Below are positions 43,401-58,400 of a stretch of 64,000 nt of DNA, piece by piece. Below the pieces are notes generated by a model, which worked only from the letters and a program-made list of their open reading frames with translations, searched no databases and had not been told where the DNA came from. Source of the DNA: Malacoraja senta (Eukaryota); the NCBI GenBank assembly GCA_038087875.1, contig CM075988.1, positions 15,130,001-15,194,000 on the forward strand, given 5' to 3'. A program made the position numbers and the translations under genes. The stretch's first letter is position 1, and each line of letters starts with the position of its first letter.

Positions 43401-46400
43401 GAAATGAACAGTGAAAGAATAAGTTTAGACACAAAAATTGCCTTCAGTTAGTAGCTAAGGCTACGGACTGCAGCTAAATTTAGCTCTTTATTTCAATAGA
43501 CAATAGGTGCAAGAGTAGGCCATTCGGCCCTTCGAGCCAGCACCACCATTCATTGTGATCATGGCTGATCATCCACAATCGGTACCCCGTTCCTGCCTTT
43601 TCCCCATATCCCCTGACCCCGCTATCTTTAAGAGCTCTAGCCAACTCTCTCTTGAAAGAATACAGAGAATTGGCCTCCACTGCCTTCTGAGGCAGAGAAT
43701 TCCAGATTCACAACCCTCTGTGTGAAAAAGTTTGTCCTCATCTCCGTTCTAAATGGCTTACTCCTTATTCTTAAACTGTGGCCCCTGATTCTGGACTCCC
43801 ACAACATCGGGAACACGTTTCCTGTATCTACTGTCCAAACCGTTAATAATCTTATGTTTCAATAAGATCCCCTCATATCCTAAATTCCAGAGTATACAAG
43901 CCCAGCCGCTCCATTCTATCAACATATGACAGTCCCGCCATCCCGGTAATTAACCTTGTAAACCTACGCTGCACTCCCTCAATAACCAGAATGTCCTTCC
44001 TCAAATTTGGGGACCAAAACTGCACACAACTCTCCAGGTGTGGTCTCACAAGGGCCCTGTACAACTGCAGAAGGACCTCTTTGCTCTTGTACTCAACTCC
44101 TCATGTTATGAAGACCAACATGCCATTAGCTTTCTTCACTGCCTGCTGTACCTGCATGCTTACTTTCAGTGACTGATGAACAAGGAGCCCCAGGTCTCGT
44201 TGTAATTCCCCTTTTACAACGAGATCTGGGGGTCCTTGTTCATCAGTCACTGAAAGTAAGCATGCAGGTACAGCGAGCTCCTGTCAACACTACACAAGAG
44301 GTCAGCAAGTCTGCTCCTGGATTACTCACTATTTGAAATGAGAGATAGTATTCACTAAAGCTCTTCAATTATCTTCAACCTTGTGGACATTTTTACCTTT
44401 ACCCATTCTCTTACAGTGTGCAACTCTGTTTGTGAGGATAAGACACACATACATTACCAGATCCCGTGATCTCTATTAGAGTTTGCCCAAATTCTCAATT
44501 TCAAGCAGCCATTTTCATTGTTACCAGGAAATGTCAAGAGTTTTCATTTTGTTACTTTAACAATACAAAGGAAACTGGTGGTGAACTTAAGTTCAGGAAA
44601 AAGCAACTCTGATTACATGGGGAGGAAGCGGCCGTTCCAGACACTCCAAGCTGCTGAAGAGTGTTCTCCCGACGCCGAAACTCCATCATCCGGCGAGGGT
44701 CCCTGGAACATCGGACCGCTGTTGCAACGACTGCGGAGGCCTCAAATAGGCCCCGACCTCGGGTAAACACAGAGGAAGAGGACTGAACTTTTTAGTGCCT
44801 TCCCTCTCAGTGGAAAATGCTGATCCTGCTGTGGGGGGACGTTCATGTTAAATTCTATAGTGTGTTCTCTTTTCTCTTTTTTATTTAATACGGATGTATG
44901 GAAACCTAATTTCTTCTATGTAAAGCACTTTCGTTTCAACGCGAGTTGATTTAAATGTGCTATATAAATAAAATGACTTACTTACTTACTATCTGGGGAC
45001 TATATCACGCAAAACACTGAAGTCTGGAGAAGGATCCTGTACCGAAACGTCAGCTATCCCAGAGAGATTATAACCACACACCTTTTTTCTCCTCCTAATG
45101 ATATAATTTAATTGTAGATAAAAACATTCTGAACACTGGCTAAATTTTCCAAATCACACTGACAATGAAAATTCACCATTGAATACAACCTCGGGATTGA
45201 GTGTCACACTAAAGATCAGATGCACCAGTACCAGGCTATGCTGACTGGATAGATCTCAATACGCATATTACCTTTAAATATTTCAGATCAGACTCGATAC
45301 TATGAATTAATTGGAGGATTTGGTTGCGCACATGTGATGTAGGAAGCAGCTGTCTAATTCCTGCCTCTGGGCCTTCTGCATTACAAGGATCAGTTGCACT
45401 GTTGCTTTCCCTCGCCTCTGTGCTCTGGGTGAGACAATCCACAGAATAATCAGATGGAAGTGTAGACATTTCTACTTCATCAGTGGAGCTTCCTTCTGTC
45501 TGTGGAAATTCATCCAGGGTTATAAAGTTCCCTGCCAAAGTGAACAAAGATTTTAATAAAAGTTAGTGATACCTCTTGAAGATCTCAGGCTGAAGAATGT
45601 TTCTTACAAAGAAAACAGGACAGAACCCAGAAGCTCTCATTATAACTACCCAAACCAATACATTATTTTAAGTGACGTAACTACTCAACTCTTGTGGGAA
45701 GTCAAGACTACTCAAGAATGCACAGTTGGTGTGGAAAACTACCTAGTAATTAGTCTCAAGAACTCAAAAAGGAGGACAAATTTTAAACTTGACAGAAGGG
45801 TCACAACCCGAAATGTCACCTATTCCTTTTCTCCAGAGATGCTGTCTGACCCGCTGAGTACTCCAGCTTTTTGTATCTATCTTCAGACAAAATCCCTGTT
45901 GGGAACATATTTCCTTGGAGAATGGACACCAGTTGTGCAAGCAGTTCGTGCTTATAACCAACCTGATGAACGGGCTTGTGACTTTGCCTCCTCTTCTCTA
46001 TTTGGACTTGAACTGTTCCCTTGTAATCGATGCTCATCCGAGTGATCTTCTGGGGCGTCGTAGAACCTATCTCCACCATCTTCAGCTACCAAGTCTGGTC
46101 CACGTCCTTCAGTTGGGATACGTTCGCTGTGACCCGCTTCCAGTGTGAACTGACGGGGAAGTTTAGTCCTTTCACTAATTCTTGTGTCAGCCTCTACTTC
46201 TTCCATTGTCCCATTGGCTATCTCCAGCTGATGCTGCAGTGCCTTGTTGGGTGCCCCACCTTGACAACACGTCGTGCTGTTGGATGGCTCATCAGTCCCC
46301 TGCTTTGGTGACGGCAGTAAACTGTCATCTTCTGGAAGGTGCCGAATAGATGCCCCATCACTGGCATCATCTTCTGAACCCATCACATGAGCCGACAGCA

Positions 46401-49400
46401 ATCGCTTCAAGGAGTGAACTAAAGAGATGGAGAGAAGGCTGCAGTGAATCAAATGCTTAGGAACTTTGCAGCAATCAAGAAATATTTTCACTTACATGCA
46501 TTGTTTACCTTTAAATATGCTTGATCAATGGTGATCAAGATTTGCTTGATCAATGATGTTTTATCATTAATGTCTTATTATTATTAATGTTTAGTGTTTT
46601 CTGAGTCATTCGTAACTGTCACTGTATGTCACGTTGTTACTTGTGGGCGGAGCATCAAGGCAAATTCCTTGTATGTGAATACTTGGCCAATAAACTTACT
46701 TACTTAAATATCTGCCAGTATGACAATGGGCAACTGTGGTTGAGAATTGGCAGAGGACAAATCAGCCTGAAAGAAGCCCTTGCTGAAAAATGTCAGTAAA
46801 TGTAGGAATTGAGACCCCTGTATGTTCCACCACTGCAAAGGCTACGAGATGGACCACTGTGACAAGTAGTCATTTCCCCTTATCATACCTACAGCCCGAG
46901 ATGATAGAGAGTGTTTACTTACGGTTTATTAGTGCAGCCTCAGCTCTTGAGTAAGCGATTGATGACATTGAACCCCGAGCCCGACTTGAATAGTGCAACT
47001 CAGTGCTTCTGTAGGGGGGCCGCCCTGCAGTCGGTCTTCGGAGGTTGTTATAGTCCTGTATGTACCTGGGCTGCTCCTCTGTCTCCTGCGTGGGGATGAT
47101 CGCACTATGTTTCTGTTTGTTGTTCGCTGAGAGATTCGCTGCCAGCGGGTCATCAACCTCTTTACCTGTGACAGAGATCGATTACTCAGACCATGCAAGA
47201 AGCCTGTGTTCCTGATGACCATTTAAGATCGTAAGGAATAATAGCATCAAGTCTGCTCCGCCAATCAATCACGACTGATCTATCTCTCCCTCCTAACCCC
47301 ATTCTCCTGCCTTCTCCCCATAACCTCTGACACTTGTACTAATCAAGAATTCCCTTTGACTCTAGGGAAGCACCTGTACATACAACTGCAGAGGATTGCA
47401 ATGGCATTTAATAAGACAAGATACAGATGAACAGGATGACCTTTGAAACATCACTTGCGTTTGGTTTATTTGAAGCCATAATTATATCCACATCTCTCTA
47501 TCCAAGCAGCTCACATTTTCTCTCACCCTTTGAAAATTACACTTTTTTTTTACAGAGAATGTCAGGAAATCTAGAAAGAAAAGATTAGAGCCATTTCCAA
47601 ACTGAATGATGATCTACAGATGGAAGCATATCAAACATGCAAATCTCTCCCATAAAACACCTAGAAAAGCAATCTAAATAACATTCTCATAAATAAGTGC
47701 CACTAATTCACAAGTCACACTCATCAACAGCTGTGTATTGATTCAGGTATCCTGTTCCTTGCTACATTTTGGTACCTTGTGTTGAATCACTGCTGATCGA
47801 TATCCTAGCAGTGGCTTTGCTTGATCCACCTTGCTGGACTGTGCTCAGATTCTCCTCATCCTCTTGCTCACTCCTGCATTAAATATTCAATCATTACATT
47901 AGTTTGGGGGGGCGGGGGGGGGGGGGGGGCAGGGAAGAAACATACACACATGCATACCTACACACAGCCAGTGTTATTTTTGAAAGAGGTAGCTTAGAAT
48001 CCCCACATGTGGGTTAGTGCACTTCTTTCAAAAAACAGCTTTGTTTCCATGGCACCTCGAATGCAAATGAATATCTTCGGGGCATCAAACATTATGAATT
48101 GTTACGAGCAAATCTTGTCATGAAGGAAGACAAAATCTTGCTCAGATATGTGTTTTCAAAAGGGGTACAAAGAATAAGGAGGGGTGTGCAGGAAAGAACT
48201 GCAGATGCTGGTTTCAATCGAAGGTAGACACAAAATGCTGGAGTAACTCAGTGGGACAGGCAGCATCTCGGGAGAGAAGGAATGGGTGACATTTCGGGTC
48301 GAGGCCCTTCTTCAGACTGATGAATGAGGATAAGGAGGGAACTGATCAGTACCATAAATGGCAGGAAGTGAGCACAGATTTGACACAAGAAGCCAGAATT
48401 GAAAAGAACACAAGAAAAAATCTGGAGACTACCTGACCCCTCAAGTCTGTCCCTCTATGCAATATGATCATAGCCTTAACTCCTCTTCTGTGGGCATTTT
48501 CCATAACCCTCAATTCCTTAACTTTTCAAATATTTATATATGTCCTCTTTAAATACTCCAACGATCCAGCATCTATCACCCAAATTATGGGCGGCACGGT
48601 GGCGCAGCAATAGAGTTGCTGCCTTACAGCACCGAGACTCAGGTTCGATCCCAACTATGGGTGCTGCCTGTACGGAGTTTGTACGTTCTCCCCGTGACCT
48701 GCGTGGGTTTTCTCCGAGATCTCCGCTTTCTTCCCACACTCCAAAGACGTACAGGTTTGTAGGTAAATTGGCTTGGTAAAAGTTTTTTAAAAATAGTCCC
48801 TAGTGTATGTAGGATAGTGTTAGTGTTTGTTAGGGATCGTTGGTCAGCGCGGACCCGGTGGGCCGAAGGGCCTGTTTCCGCTCTGTATCTTTAAAACTAA
48901 AACTATCCAGGGAAGAGATTTCCAGAGATCTATATGGGGACTGATGATGAGCAGAGTATTTCCAGGTTGGGCCTCATTCAATACTTCCCTATTTCCAAAC
49001 ACGTCATAAAGGCCAAATACAATTTGTCTTTCTAACTATTAGTTGTACCAGTCTGTTACATTTTACGATTTATGCACAAGACCATTGAGATGCAGTAGGG
49101 AAATAATTGAAGAATCTTGGGGATGGTATTTACTTGCGTTTGAAAAAGCATAAACCTATTTCGGAAAATTAGCATGGCTTTGTATGGGGGAGAATGTCTC
49201 ATAAATTTGAAGAAGTGTCAAAGATTATGGATGGTATCTACAGTACATGTACTTTAGCAAAGCTTCAGACAAGGTCCCCCAAGATATGTTGGTCCAGTGG
49301 GTCAAGTCAAATAGGATGCACAGTGGGTTGGTAAATTGGATAAGGTCACACACGCCTGCCTCCTTTGATCCAGTCGAAAAAGTGCAAGCCAATTCAATCT

Positions 49401-52400
49401 CTCCTTATAACTCAAGCCCTCCATTCCAGGCAACATTCCTGTGAAGCTGTTCTGCACCTTCTCTAGCTTTCCTATAGTGTGGTGACCAGAACTACACACA
49501 ATATCCCAAGCATAGCCTACTCACTAATTTGTACAACTAGAACATGATATCCCACTCCTATGCTTTGGCTGATGAGGGCAAGCATACTATATGCCTTCTT
49601 CACCACTTTCAGGGAACTGTACACTTGAACCCCGAAGTTTTGCTGTTCAATAATGTTCCGCTGGGACCTGCCATTCACTCCGAGCCTTGGCAGGTATAAC
49701 TTTAAAAAATGCATCATTTTACATTAGTTTGTGTTAAATTCCATCTGCCATTCCCTTGTTCCCAGTTGATCTTGATGCTGCTGTAACCTTAGACGATCTA
49801 CTCCATTATCCACAATTACACCAATTTTGATGTCATCTGTAAACATATTGCAATTTTCAAATGCAAACAGTAAAATGGCAGGACCCTTAGGAGCATTGAT
49901 GTATGGAGGAATCTGGAGTCCAACTTCCTGAAAGTGGCAGTGCAATAGGAAAGTGGTACAAAGCTTATATGGCAGGAAAAAAAGTCAGGAGGTTACCTTG
50001 TGGTGGCATAAAACTTTGATTAGGTCATACTTGTGAGTATTGTGTGCAGTTCTGGTCCCCACACCATAGAAAGGACAGAGGCTTGAGAGAAGGTGCAAGA
50101 GAGATTCACCAGGTTGTTGTTTGGATTCGACTGTATTAACTATAAGGAGAGGTTGGACAAACTTTGATTGGTTTTGCTGGAGCAGAGGATGAGGGGATGA
50201 GATAGAAGTATATCAAGTATGAAAGGCAGGGACTGCCTACCCTAGGAAAGAGACACTGGCTATCTACCTTATCTAAGCCTCATAATTTTGTGTACCTCTA
50301 TCATTTCATCTCTTAGCCTCCTACACTCCATCCATTTCAAGCTCTGTGGATAACTCAAGCCATCCATCCAGGCAAAATCCTGGTAAATCATTACTGCACA
50401 CTCTCCAACTTAATCACATCCTTCCTAGAGTGCGGTGATCAGAGCCACACACAATATTCCAAGTGTGGCTTAACTGACGTTGTTTGCAACATGACATCTT
50501 ACAGTGACATACATCAAATATGTTGCATAGTGTTGCAAAGTCCAAATATCCTCAACACAATGTGTTCTCCCAAAGATTTCTGGTAGAGGAGAGTTATGGG
50601 TCCATATAAGATTTCTCAGTGTGGAAACAGTTACAGCAAAAGGGAATCATCAGCATTCTTTCTTGACAAGCACCAATTAGTGTAAATTCACAAAATGTAT
50701 CCAGCTGTTCCCTGTTACACCGTTAGGCCAAAGGATGAAGCCCAACACTAGAATGAAAATACTCTGCTGACCTTTTTATCCTCCCCCCCAATATTAACAA
50801 AGCCGCATAAAAATAGCTCGGATTATTGAGAAGCTTCATCACCACATGGATCAAGACAGTTACAGATCTGCTTTTCATCTGCAAAATATTTATGGACTGC
50901 ACTGGTGGAGAACTCCATATTTTAAATTATATTTGATTAATTAACATTCAGTAACATGACACAATGCAGGTGAAATACTTACTCAGTGGCTGGCGGCTCA
51001 GGGGCCACATGATGGCTTGGTGCTTTTATCGATCCTGATGTCTGTGTGATTAAATACTGCCATCTGTAAATGTAACAGGGAAAGATCAGTGAGAAATGGC
51101 TTTCAAAACCCCACCAGACTCAGCCTGAAATTACTGATTTTAAAGGCACAGGAAGAGACTATTCTGCTATAATTGTTCCCATCTCCTGTCCATTTGAATG
51201 TTTTTTCCAACGTTAAAATACTTATGTTAAATGGGGCTGGCAATTCAGTCCAAAAGTCTAACAATTATATAACAGAGGACATGGAACAGTACAACACAGG
51301 AACAGCTAACAATGTTTGTGCCTGTCATTTGTAACAAACTGCACATTTGCATGCATGTGGTCTATATCCATCAATTCCCTGTCTATTCAGGTGTCTGTCT
51401 AAATACCTCTTAAAATAGTTTCAACTTGTAATGCATCAATTCAAAAATTATTTGTGGACAGCATTAAGTTTAGATTTTAGCAAAACCGATCAAGAGAGCG
51501 CAAAAGCACTTCCAACTCCCCCTCCCATTCCGAATCCGACCTTTCTGTCCTGGGCCTCCTCCATTGCCAGAGTGAGGCCCACCGTAAATTGGAGGAGCAG
51601 CACCTCATATTTCGCTTGGGTAGTTTACACCCCAGCGGTATGAACATTGACCTCCAATTTTAGATTGTCCCTGCTTTCTCCTTCTTTCCCCTCCCCTTCC
51701 CAGCTCTCTCACAGCCCACTGTCTCCGCCTCTTTTCTTCTTCCCGCCCCCCCCCCCCACCCCGACATCAGTCTGAAGAAGAGTCTCGACCTGAAACGTCG
51801 CCTATTTCATTCGCTCCATAGATGTTGCCTCACCCGCTGAGTTTCTCCAGCATTTTTGTCTACTCTCGAAACTTATACTCATTTAAAAGTTAAAGCCCTG
51901 TCCCATGGTACGAGTTAATTCCAAGAGCTCTCCCGAGTTTAAAAAAAATCTAACTCGTGGTAAGCACGGAGAATGAACATAGCGGGTACGTCGGAGCTCG
52001 GGGACGTCTCTTAGCGGCGAGTACCGACGAGTGGCCATTACTGTAAATCTCAGAGTTCGAATCAGGACAAACTCGGGAGAGCTCTTGGAATGAACTCGTA
52101 CCGTGGGACAGGGCTCTTATGCCCATTCTCTCCTTTTAATGTTTTACAATTTAGCGTATTCTGCCTCCAAAAATTTAACTATTTAGCAAATCCTTCACCT
52201 CTCCGGAACTATCAATGACCTCAATTTATGACAGCCTCTTCATATTTGAACACACTTGAATAACATTATACAATCCATATACAATGGTCCTGTTCTACAT
52301 TTATCTTGAATTTCTATACCTTATTCTATTCATTCATTTACCCCCAAAGTCATACAGCACGGAAACAGCTCCTTCAGCACATCATCTCCATGCCAACAAT

Positions 52401-55400
52401 CTATACTATTCCCACTCCCATCTGGTGGCCGTTGAAGTGCTGAGGCACTGCACGGTACAGCTACAACTGCGGTGAAGTCTCGCGACGATGGAGCCTCGGC
52501 GGCGGCGCCGATGCCTTGCGGGTCGACCAGCGATCGATGAGAGCGTGGAGGACCACCGTGAGGGGGAGGGGAAGAACAATGGAGGACCCGGCGTGGGGGA
52601 GAACAATGGAGGGGGGGGCAAAGGACAATGGGAACCCGGCATGGGGGAAAGCTGGGGGTGGGGGGACAAAAGGAGGTGCCGGCATGCTTTGCCAGTGGCC
52701 ACAATTGTATACATTGTGTGTGTATGCAAGCAAAGAATTTCACTGTGCCTAGTCACATGTAACAAATGTGACAATAAAGTATTCCTATTCCTATCTCTTT
52801 TCTACTGTTTGACATGCTGTAATCCTTATTTTAAAACCAGAAAATTAATTCAGTTTTCACACCACACCTTTTCAAGTGTAACTGAGGTCAGGTGAAAGAT
52901 GGAAGTAATGAAGGGGGAAGCTCGATAACCATGTTATGGAGCTGCCATTTCAGTCGAGTCCTCTTGAAAAAATTGTAACCAAGAATCTTCATACCTCATT
53001 CTGATCTGATGTCTGGCACATCTCCACAGGGAGAACGTACAAACTCTGTATAGACAGCACCCCTAGTCAGGATCTAACCTGGGTCTCTGGCGCTGCATTG
53101 TAATTCAATGGCAATTTTGCCTCCAGCCTACTACTTTCAACTGAATACTCTGTGGGTTTACATAAAATTCAAACATTCGTTGGCTGTGTTTCAGTCTTAA
53201 TCTCACCTTTCAGGGCACGAAAACCAGTGATTAGGAGAAATTTTCTTTTTACAAAGCAAATTGTTATCTGCTTGAAGAATGGTGAAAGGAGATCCAATTA
53301 GGGACTTTCAAAAAGGATTTATATGAAGGGGAAAAATTGCAGGGTTCTCAGATTGGGGACCGGTACTAACAGGACCCCTCTTTCAAAGAGATAACAGACG
53401 TACAATTGATGGACTGGTCGTCCGCATTTTATGATTCAGTAACATCAGCTTAAGATTTTTTTCATTTTAGTTTCTCACACTTCATTCTCATTACATTTGT
53501 ACTCTTCTGCATCACAATTTTGATTTAAACCCTGTCCCATGCACTCATTAGGCTTTTAAAAAAAGACACAAAGTGCTGGAGTAACTAGGGCAGAACAGCA
53601 GTAGAGTTGCTGCCTTACAGCGCCAGAGACCCAGATTAGATCCTGACTAGGGGTGCTGTCTATACGGAGTTTGTACGTTCTCCCTGTGACCTACGTTCTC
53701 TGGTTTCCTCCCACACTCCAAAGGCGTACAGGATTGTAGGTTAATTGGATTGGTAGAATTGCAAATTGTCCCCAGTGTGTGCAGGATAGAGTGCGGTGAT
53801 CACTGGTCGGTGCGGACTCGGTGGGCCGAAGGGCCTGTTTCTGCGCTGTATCTCTAAACTAAACTCAGCAGGTCAGGCAGCATCTCTGGTGAACATGGAT
53901 AGGTAATGTTTCAGGTCGGGACCCTTCTTCAAATCCACCCCAAAAGGTCACCTTTCCATGTTTTCAAGAGACACGGCCTGACCTGGTTACTCCAACACTG
54001 TCTTATTTTTGAAAACCAGCATCTGCAGTTCCTTGTTTCTACACAAGGAGTAGTTGCTCACAAATCCTTTCTTCTGCATGGTTACTGAGCTTCCCCTTTC
54101 AACTTTTCCTAACCTCACTTACAAAGTTCCATTCTATCAAGCACCCTAAACTGGCTTCTAAGTCACAGGGATCTCAATCCTCCCCTCTTACATGTCTCCA
54201 GTCAGGCTTCCAGCTCTAAATTGTTTTTAAAATTGGAGTAATCGGTAGTAAGGAAGGCAATGCTAGCATTTATTTCACTAGTGGAAACATCTTCACAGAT
54301 TTCACTATTCTGTAAGTCTCGATGAGGTCCCCTATCATCCTTCTAAATTCATGTGAGTACAGGCCCAGTGATGTCAATTATATGGCTGGGCCTGTACTCA
54401 CATGAATTTAGGATGATGGGAGACCTCATCGAGACTTACTGAATAGTGAAATCTGTGAAGATGTTTCCACTAGTAGCAGAGTCTAGGACCAGAGGTCATA
54501 GCCTCAGAATTAAAGGCTGTTCTTTTAAGGAGATCAGGATTTTTTTTTAAGTCAGGGGGTGGTGAATCTGTGGAATTCTTTACCACAGATGGCTGTGGAG
54601 GCCAAGGTAATGGATATTTTTTAAGGCAGAGATAGATTGATTCTTGATTAGTATGGGTGTCAGAGGTTATGGGGAGAAGGCAGGAGAATGGGGATAGGAG
54701 GGAGAGATAATCAGCCATGCTTGAATGGCGGCAGACTTGATGGGCCGAATGGCCTGATTCTGCTCCTATCACATGACCATATGAATCCTGAAGTTACTGT
54801 TATTGAGATATGTATACAATTATGGATACTCCCTACAAATCCAAATTTTGCACTTTCATTGCAAATTCCCCCCTATCTGCAAATCTGTTACCAAAAAATA
54901 CAATTTAATCCCACAATCTCAGGTTTCCAACTATATTACATGGACCTACGTTTTCCGTTCAGACACTGTCTGGGCCACCAGCTCGTAGATCTGTGCACCA
55001 TCAGCTGACATTGAGATGACGAAGAAAGCTTTGTTATCTGAAAATGGCAAAACTTGATCATTATTGAACAAACAGGAGTTCTAAACATTCCTCAGTTCAC
55101 AATATCTATTTCCTAGTAGCAAAAATCTGAACCTTACACTCTTATGCCCTAACACATTCAGCTGCTTATGCCTGCTCAGCATTCAATTTATCAAGGCTGA
55201 TCCATATACAAATTAGATCTATCTACCCGTCTCCGTTATCTTAAATACCAGCAGTTAACCAACTTTCTGGCAATTTCAAACCCCCCAGGCCTAGTAGTTG
55301 TTCAAGGGATAGAAATCCAGATTTCTATTAGCAATTGTATCAAGTGGTTGCTCACATCAGCAGAGCAGATCTGGTTGTGGGCAACAACTACTGCTGTGAG

Positions 55401-58400
55401 CTGCTCCCCACAACCCAAAAAAGGAAGCAATTTCTGTTTACGAGATCAAATCCTTTAACTGTAAACCCCATAATCAGATTAGCCTTTAATCTTCAACACT
55501 TACAAGAATACTAGTGTAGTCTCACAATCAGACTGAGAATAGGCGTTCCATGGTCACATCATCTGGATGACAGCATGCAGCCAAGATATGACACCACTCG
55601 GGCAGTGCTCAACATCCACAAAGATATTGCACTCTCAGATGCATTGCTTCTGGCAACCCTTTTCATCTCCTCATCCTTGACTTTTAATTTTTAATTTATT
55701 TCCACCCTGTTCCAGCTGATTGCTATTCTGGAAGCAACTCACCTGTTGCAACTTCTCGCACAAGCACAGCAGAGAGTTTGATGATGGGGCTGAAGGTGTG
55801 TTTGGTGTCAGCATTGACAGCAAGATTCTTACTGTGACACTTCAACACCAACCGTTCATCCTGCTTCTGAGATAGAACCAAGATGTCTTCCAACAGGAGT
55901 GTGTAGAGATCTATGTAGATAAGAAAGGGCAGATAGAGTAAGTATCCATAACGCATTGCACATTGTGAACTACTTGACTGCTTTGTGTGAATTATAAAAT
56001 TATAGCAAAATGCAAGGATTCTCAGGAAGCTAATTTCTATGTGTTTCTAGGTGAGAGTAAAGGTTAGATTCCATGCTGAAGCAGCTTCCCAGCATTTAAA
56101 GGCAAACTGGTAAATCTAGTTCAATGTCCAAATTCACCTTGGAAAATGGAGTGCCCAGGACCACTGTTTAATAACATTGCAAACCATGAAACACAATTCA
56201 CAAACCAATACCAAGGGAATATTTGTGGAAAATTCAGTTTCTTTCTGATGCTATGGTCAGTAGAGTGATTGAACGCAGGCCAAGAGCTTTGTGAAATGTC
56301 CAGGATCACATCTTAAAGGTGAACTCTGAACAGAGCGTGGTGGAAGCCCTAACAACTTATAGATCCAGTGAGCACTGAACACAACATCCGACAAACTATG
56401 GCTGTTCATCCGTTCACATTGATCCACTTAACATTCTCATAAAAAAATCATTAAAAAAGCACACTCCTGTACTGTGGAAGGGTTGTATAGGAAGGAACTG
56501 CAGATGCTGGTTTACACCAAAGATAGACACAAAATGCTGGAGGAACTCAGCGGGAATGGCAGCATCTCAAGTGAGAGGGAATAGGTTACGTTTCGGGTCG
56601 AGTCAAAGAAGGGCCTCAACCCGAAACGTCACCCCATTCCATCTCTCCAGAGATGCTGCCTGTCTCGCTGACTTACTCCAGCATTTTGTGTCTGTGGAGG
56701 GGTTGCCTTCCTGCGAAAATGTTTGCATAGTGATTTTCCATAATGAAAACCCTTGACAACATTTGTTGCTTACTTTGCATTTTGTGTTTAGTTACAGTAT
56801 TTTTCCTCCTCAACACAAGTTCTGGAAGAGCAATATATTGGTAGTGATTTGTAAATTCCACAAGCGTGAATTCCCATGACCCAAACTGTAATAAGGTGCG
56901 GGTGCATTCTATGGGTATGTGGTTAAAGCTCCAGCTCAATAGACAATAGGTGCAGTAGGCCATTCGGCCCTTCGAGCCAGCACCACCATTCAATGTGATC
57001 ATGGCTGATCATCCCCAATCAGTACCCCGTTCCTGCCTTCTCCCCATATCCCCTGACTCCGCTATCTTTAAGACCCCTATCTAGCTCTCCCTTGAAAGTG
57101 TCCAGAGAACCAACCTCCACCGCCCTCTGAGGCAGAGAATTCCACACTCACAACTCTGTGTGAAAAAGTGTTTCCTCGTCTCCGTTCTAAATGGCTTACC
57201 CCTTATTCTCCTACAACATCAATGACCAAATACAAGAAAATAAAGAACAAGTGTCACTAGTACTAGACAGCCAGGATTCCCTGCACTGTAGAGAGCTTCC
57301 AGTTGTCAGATATTTGTACTACTGCAAAAATAAGAACCAATACTATGAATCGCAGGCAATAATCAAATTTATAAATAGCTTAGATACAAACTCCTGCATC
57401 AACACTTGAGAGAAGAAGTAATCCTATCTGCTGATACACAAGAAAGACTCACCTATTACAAATATCCAAAGGACTGAAATTCATAAAAGAATAATCCAAA
57501 CGCTAAATTCCATTTAAAATACAAGAACTAGAACTGATAAGTATGTACCCAACAGATAAGATCCTGAGCTGTAACCACCCTCCTCCGAAACAAGAATCCT
57601 ATACATTATAACAGAGGCACGACTCCTTTTCTGTAAATACTGGACAGATGGAACCCTGCACTGAACTACCCAAGATAATGAAAACACACAAATACAGAGA
57701 TAAGGTCCAGCAACATAAATACTCTAAACATACAAATCCTGTACAGTAAGTATCTAAGTCAGAAACTTCCACTACCAATTGATGGAGTAGGAACATTCAT
57801 AAATACCTGAAACCACAAACATCCCAAAGAGATATTTGTCCGACAGAAATAATGCAGTATTCTAGTTTACAACATGGCAGCAAAATAAAGGTAATAAGAA
57901 TCATTTTTCACTTGACATCTGAATACTTTCCAAAAGACATTCTGGTATCTGGGGTGTAGTGATCAGGAAACAATGTCCAATACAAACTTCCAGCAGTATA
58001 CGGATGAGAGGTTTCTCTCCTATTTTTCTAATAACATTGATTTCCATCTTCAAAAGCTGCACTTGCCACCATGTTCGGAGGGAGCTTTTTACTCACCGAT
58101 TGTCTTATCTTTATTCACCCGCCAAGTCAGAGGCCCTTCATGAATCATGATCCGTTTTGTAAGGTCCAGACTCTTAAATAGGGAGATACAGAAAAAGCAA
58201 ATTGTGCTAAATGCAAAAATGGGTTTCTGCAATGTTTTATTAATCATTTGTCATCTGAACTTTAATAATGCCGGCCTTTTAATATTTTTCCCATTAAATA
58301 ACTCACCCGGAACTCCTCAATCAGTGGATAATCTGACTGCTTCAGGCCAGACAGGTCCAGGCGGCGCTGATAATCTTCCAACCGCTGACATAAGGAAAGA

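Noticed and set aside
48588..48660. tRNA gene
   Set aside because: The A/B boxes belong to a SINE head.
57370..57830. A/C-rich quasi-repetitive intron tract
   Set aside because: No consistent unit could be defined.
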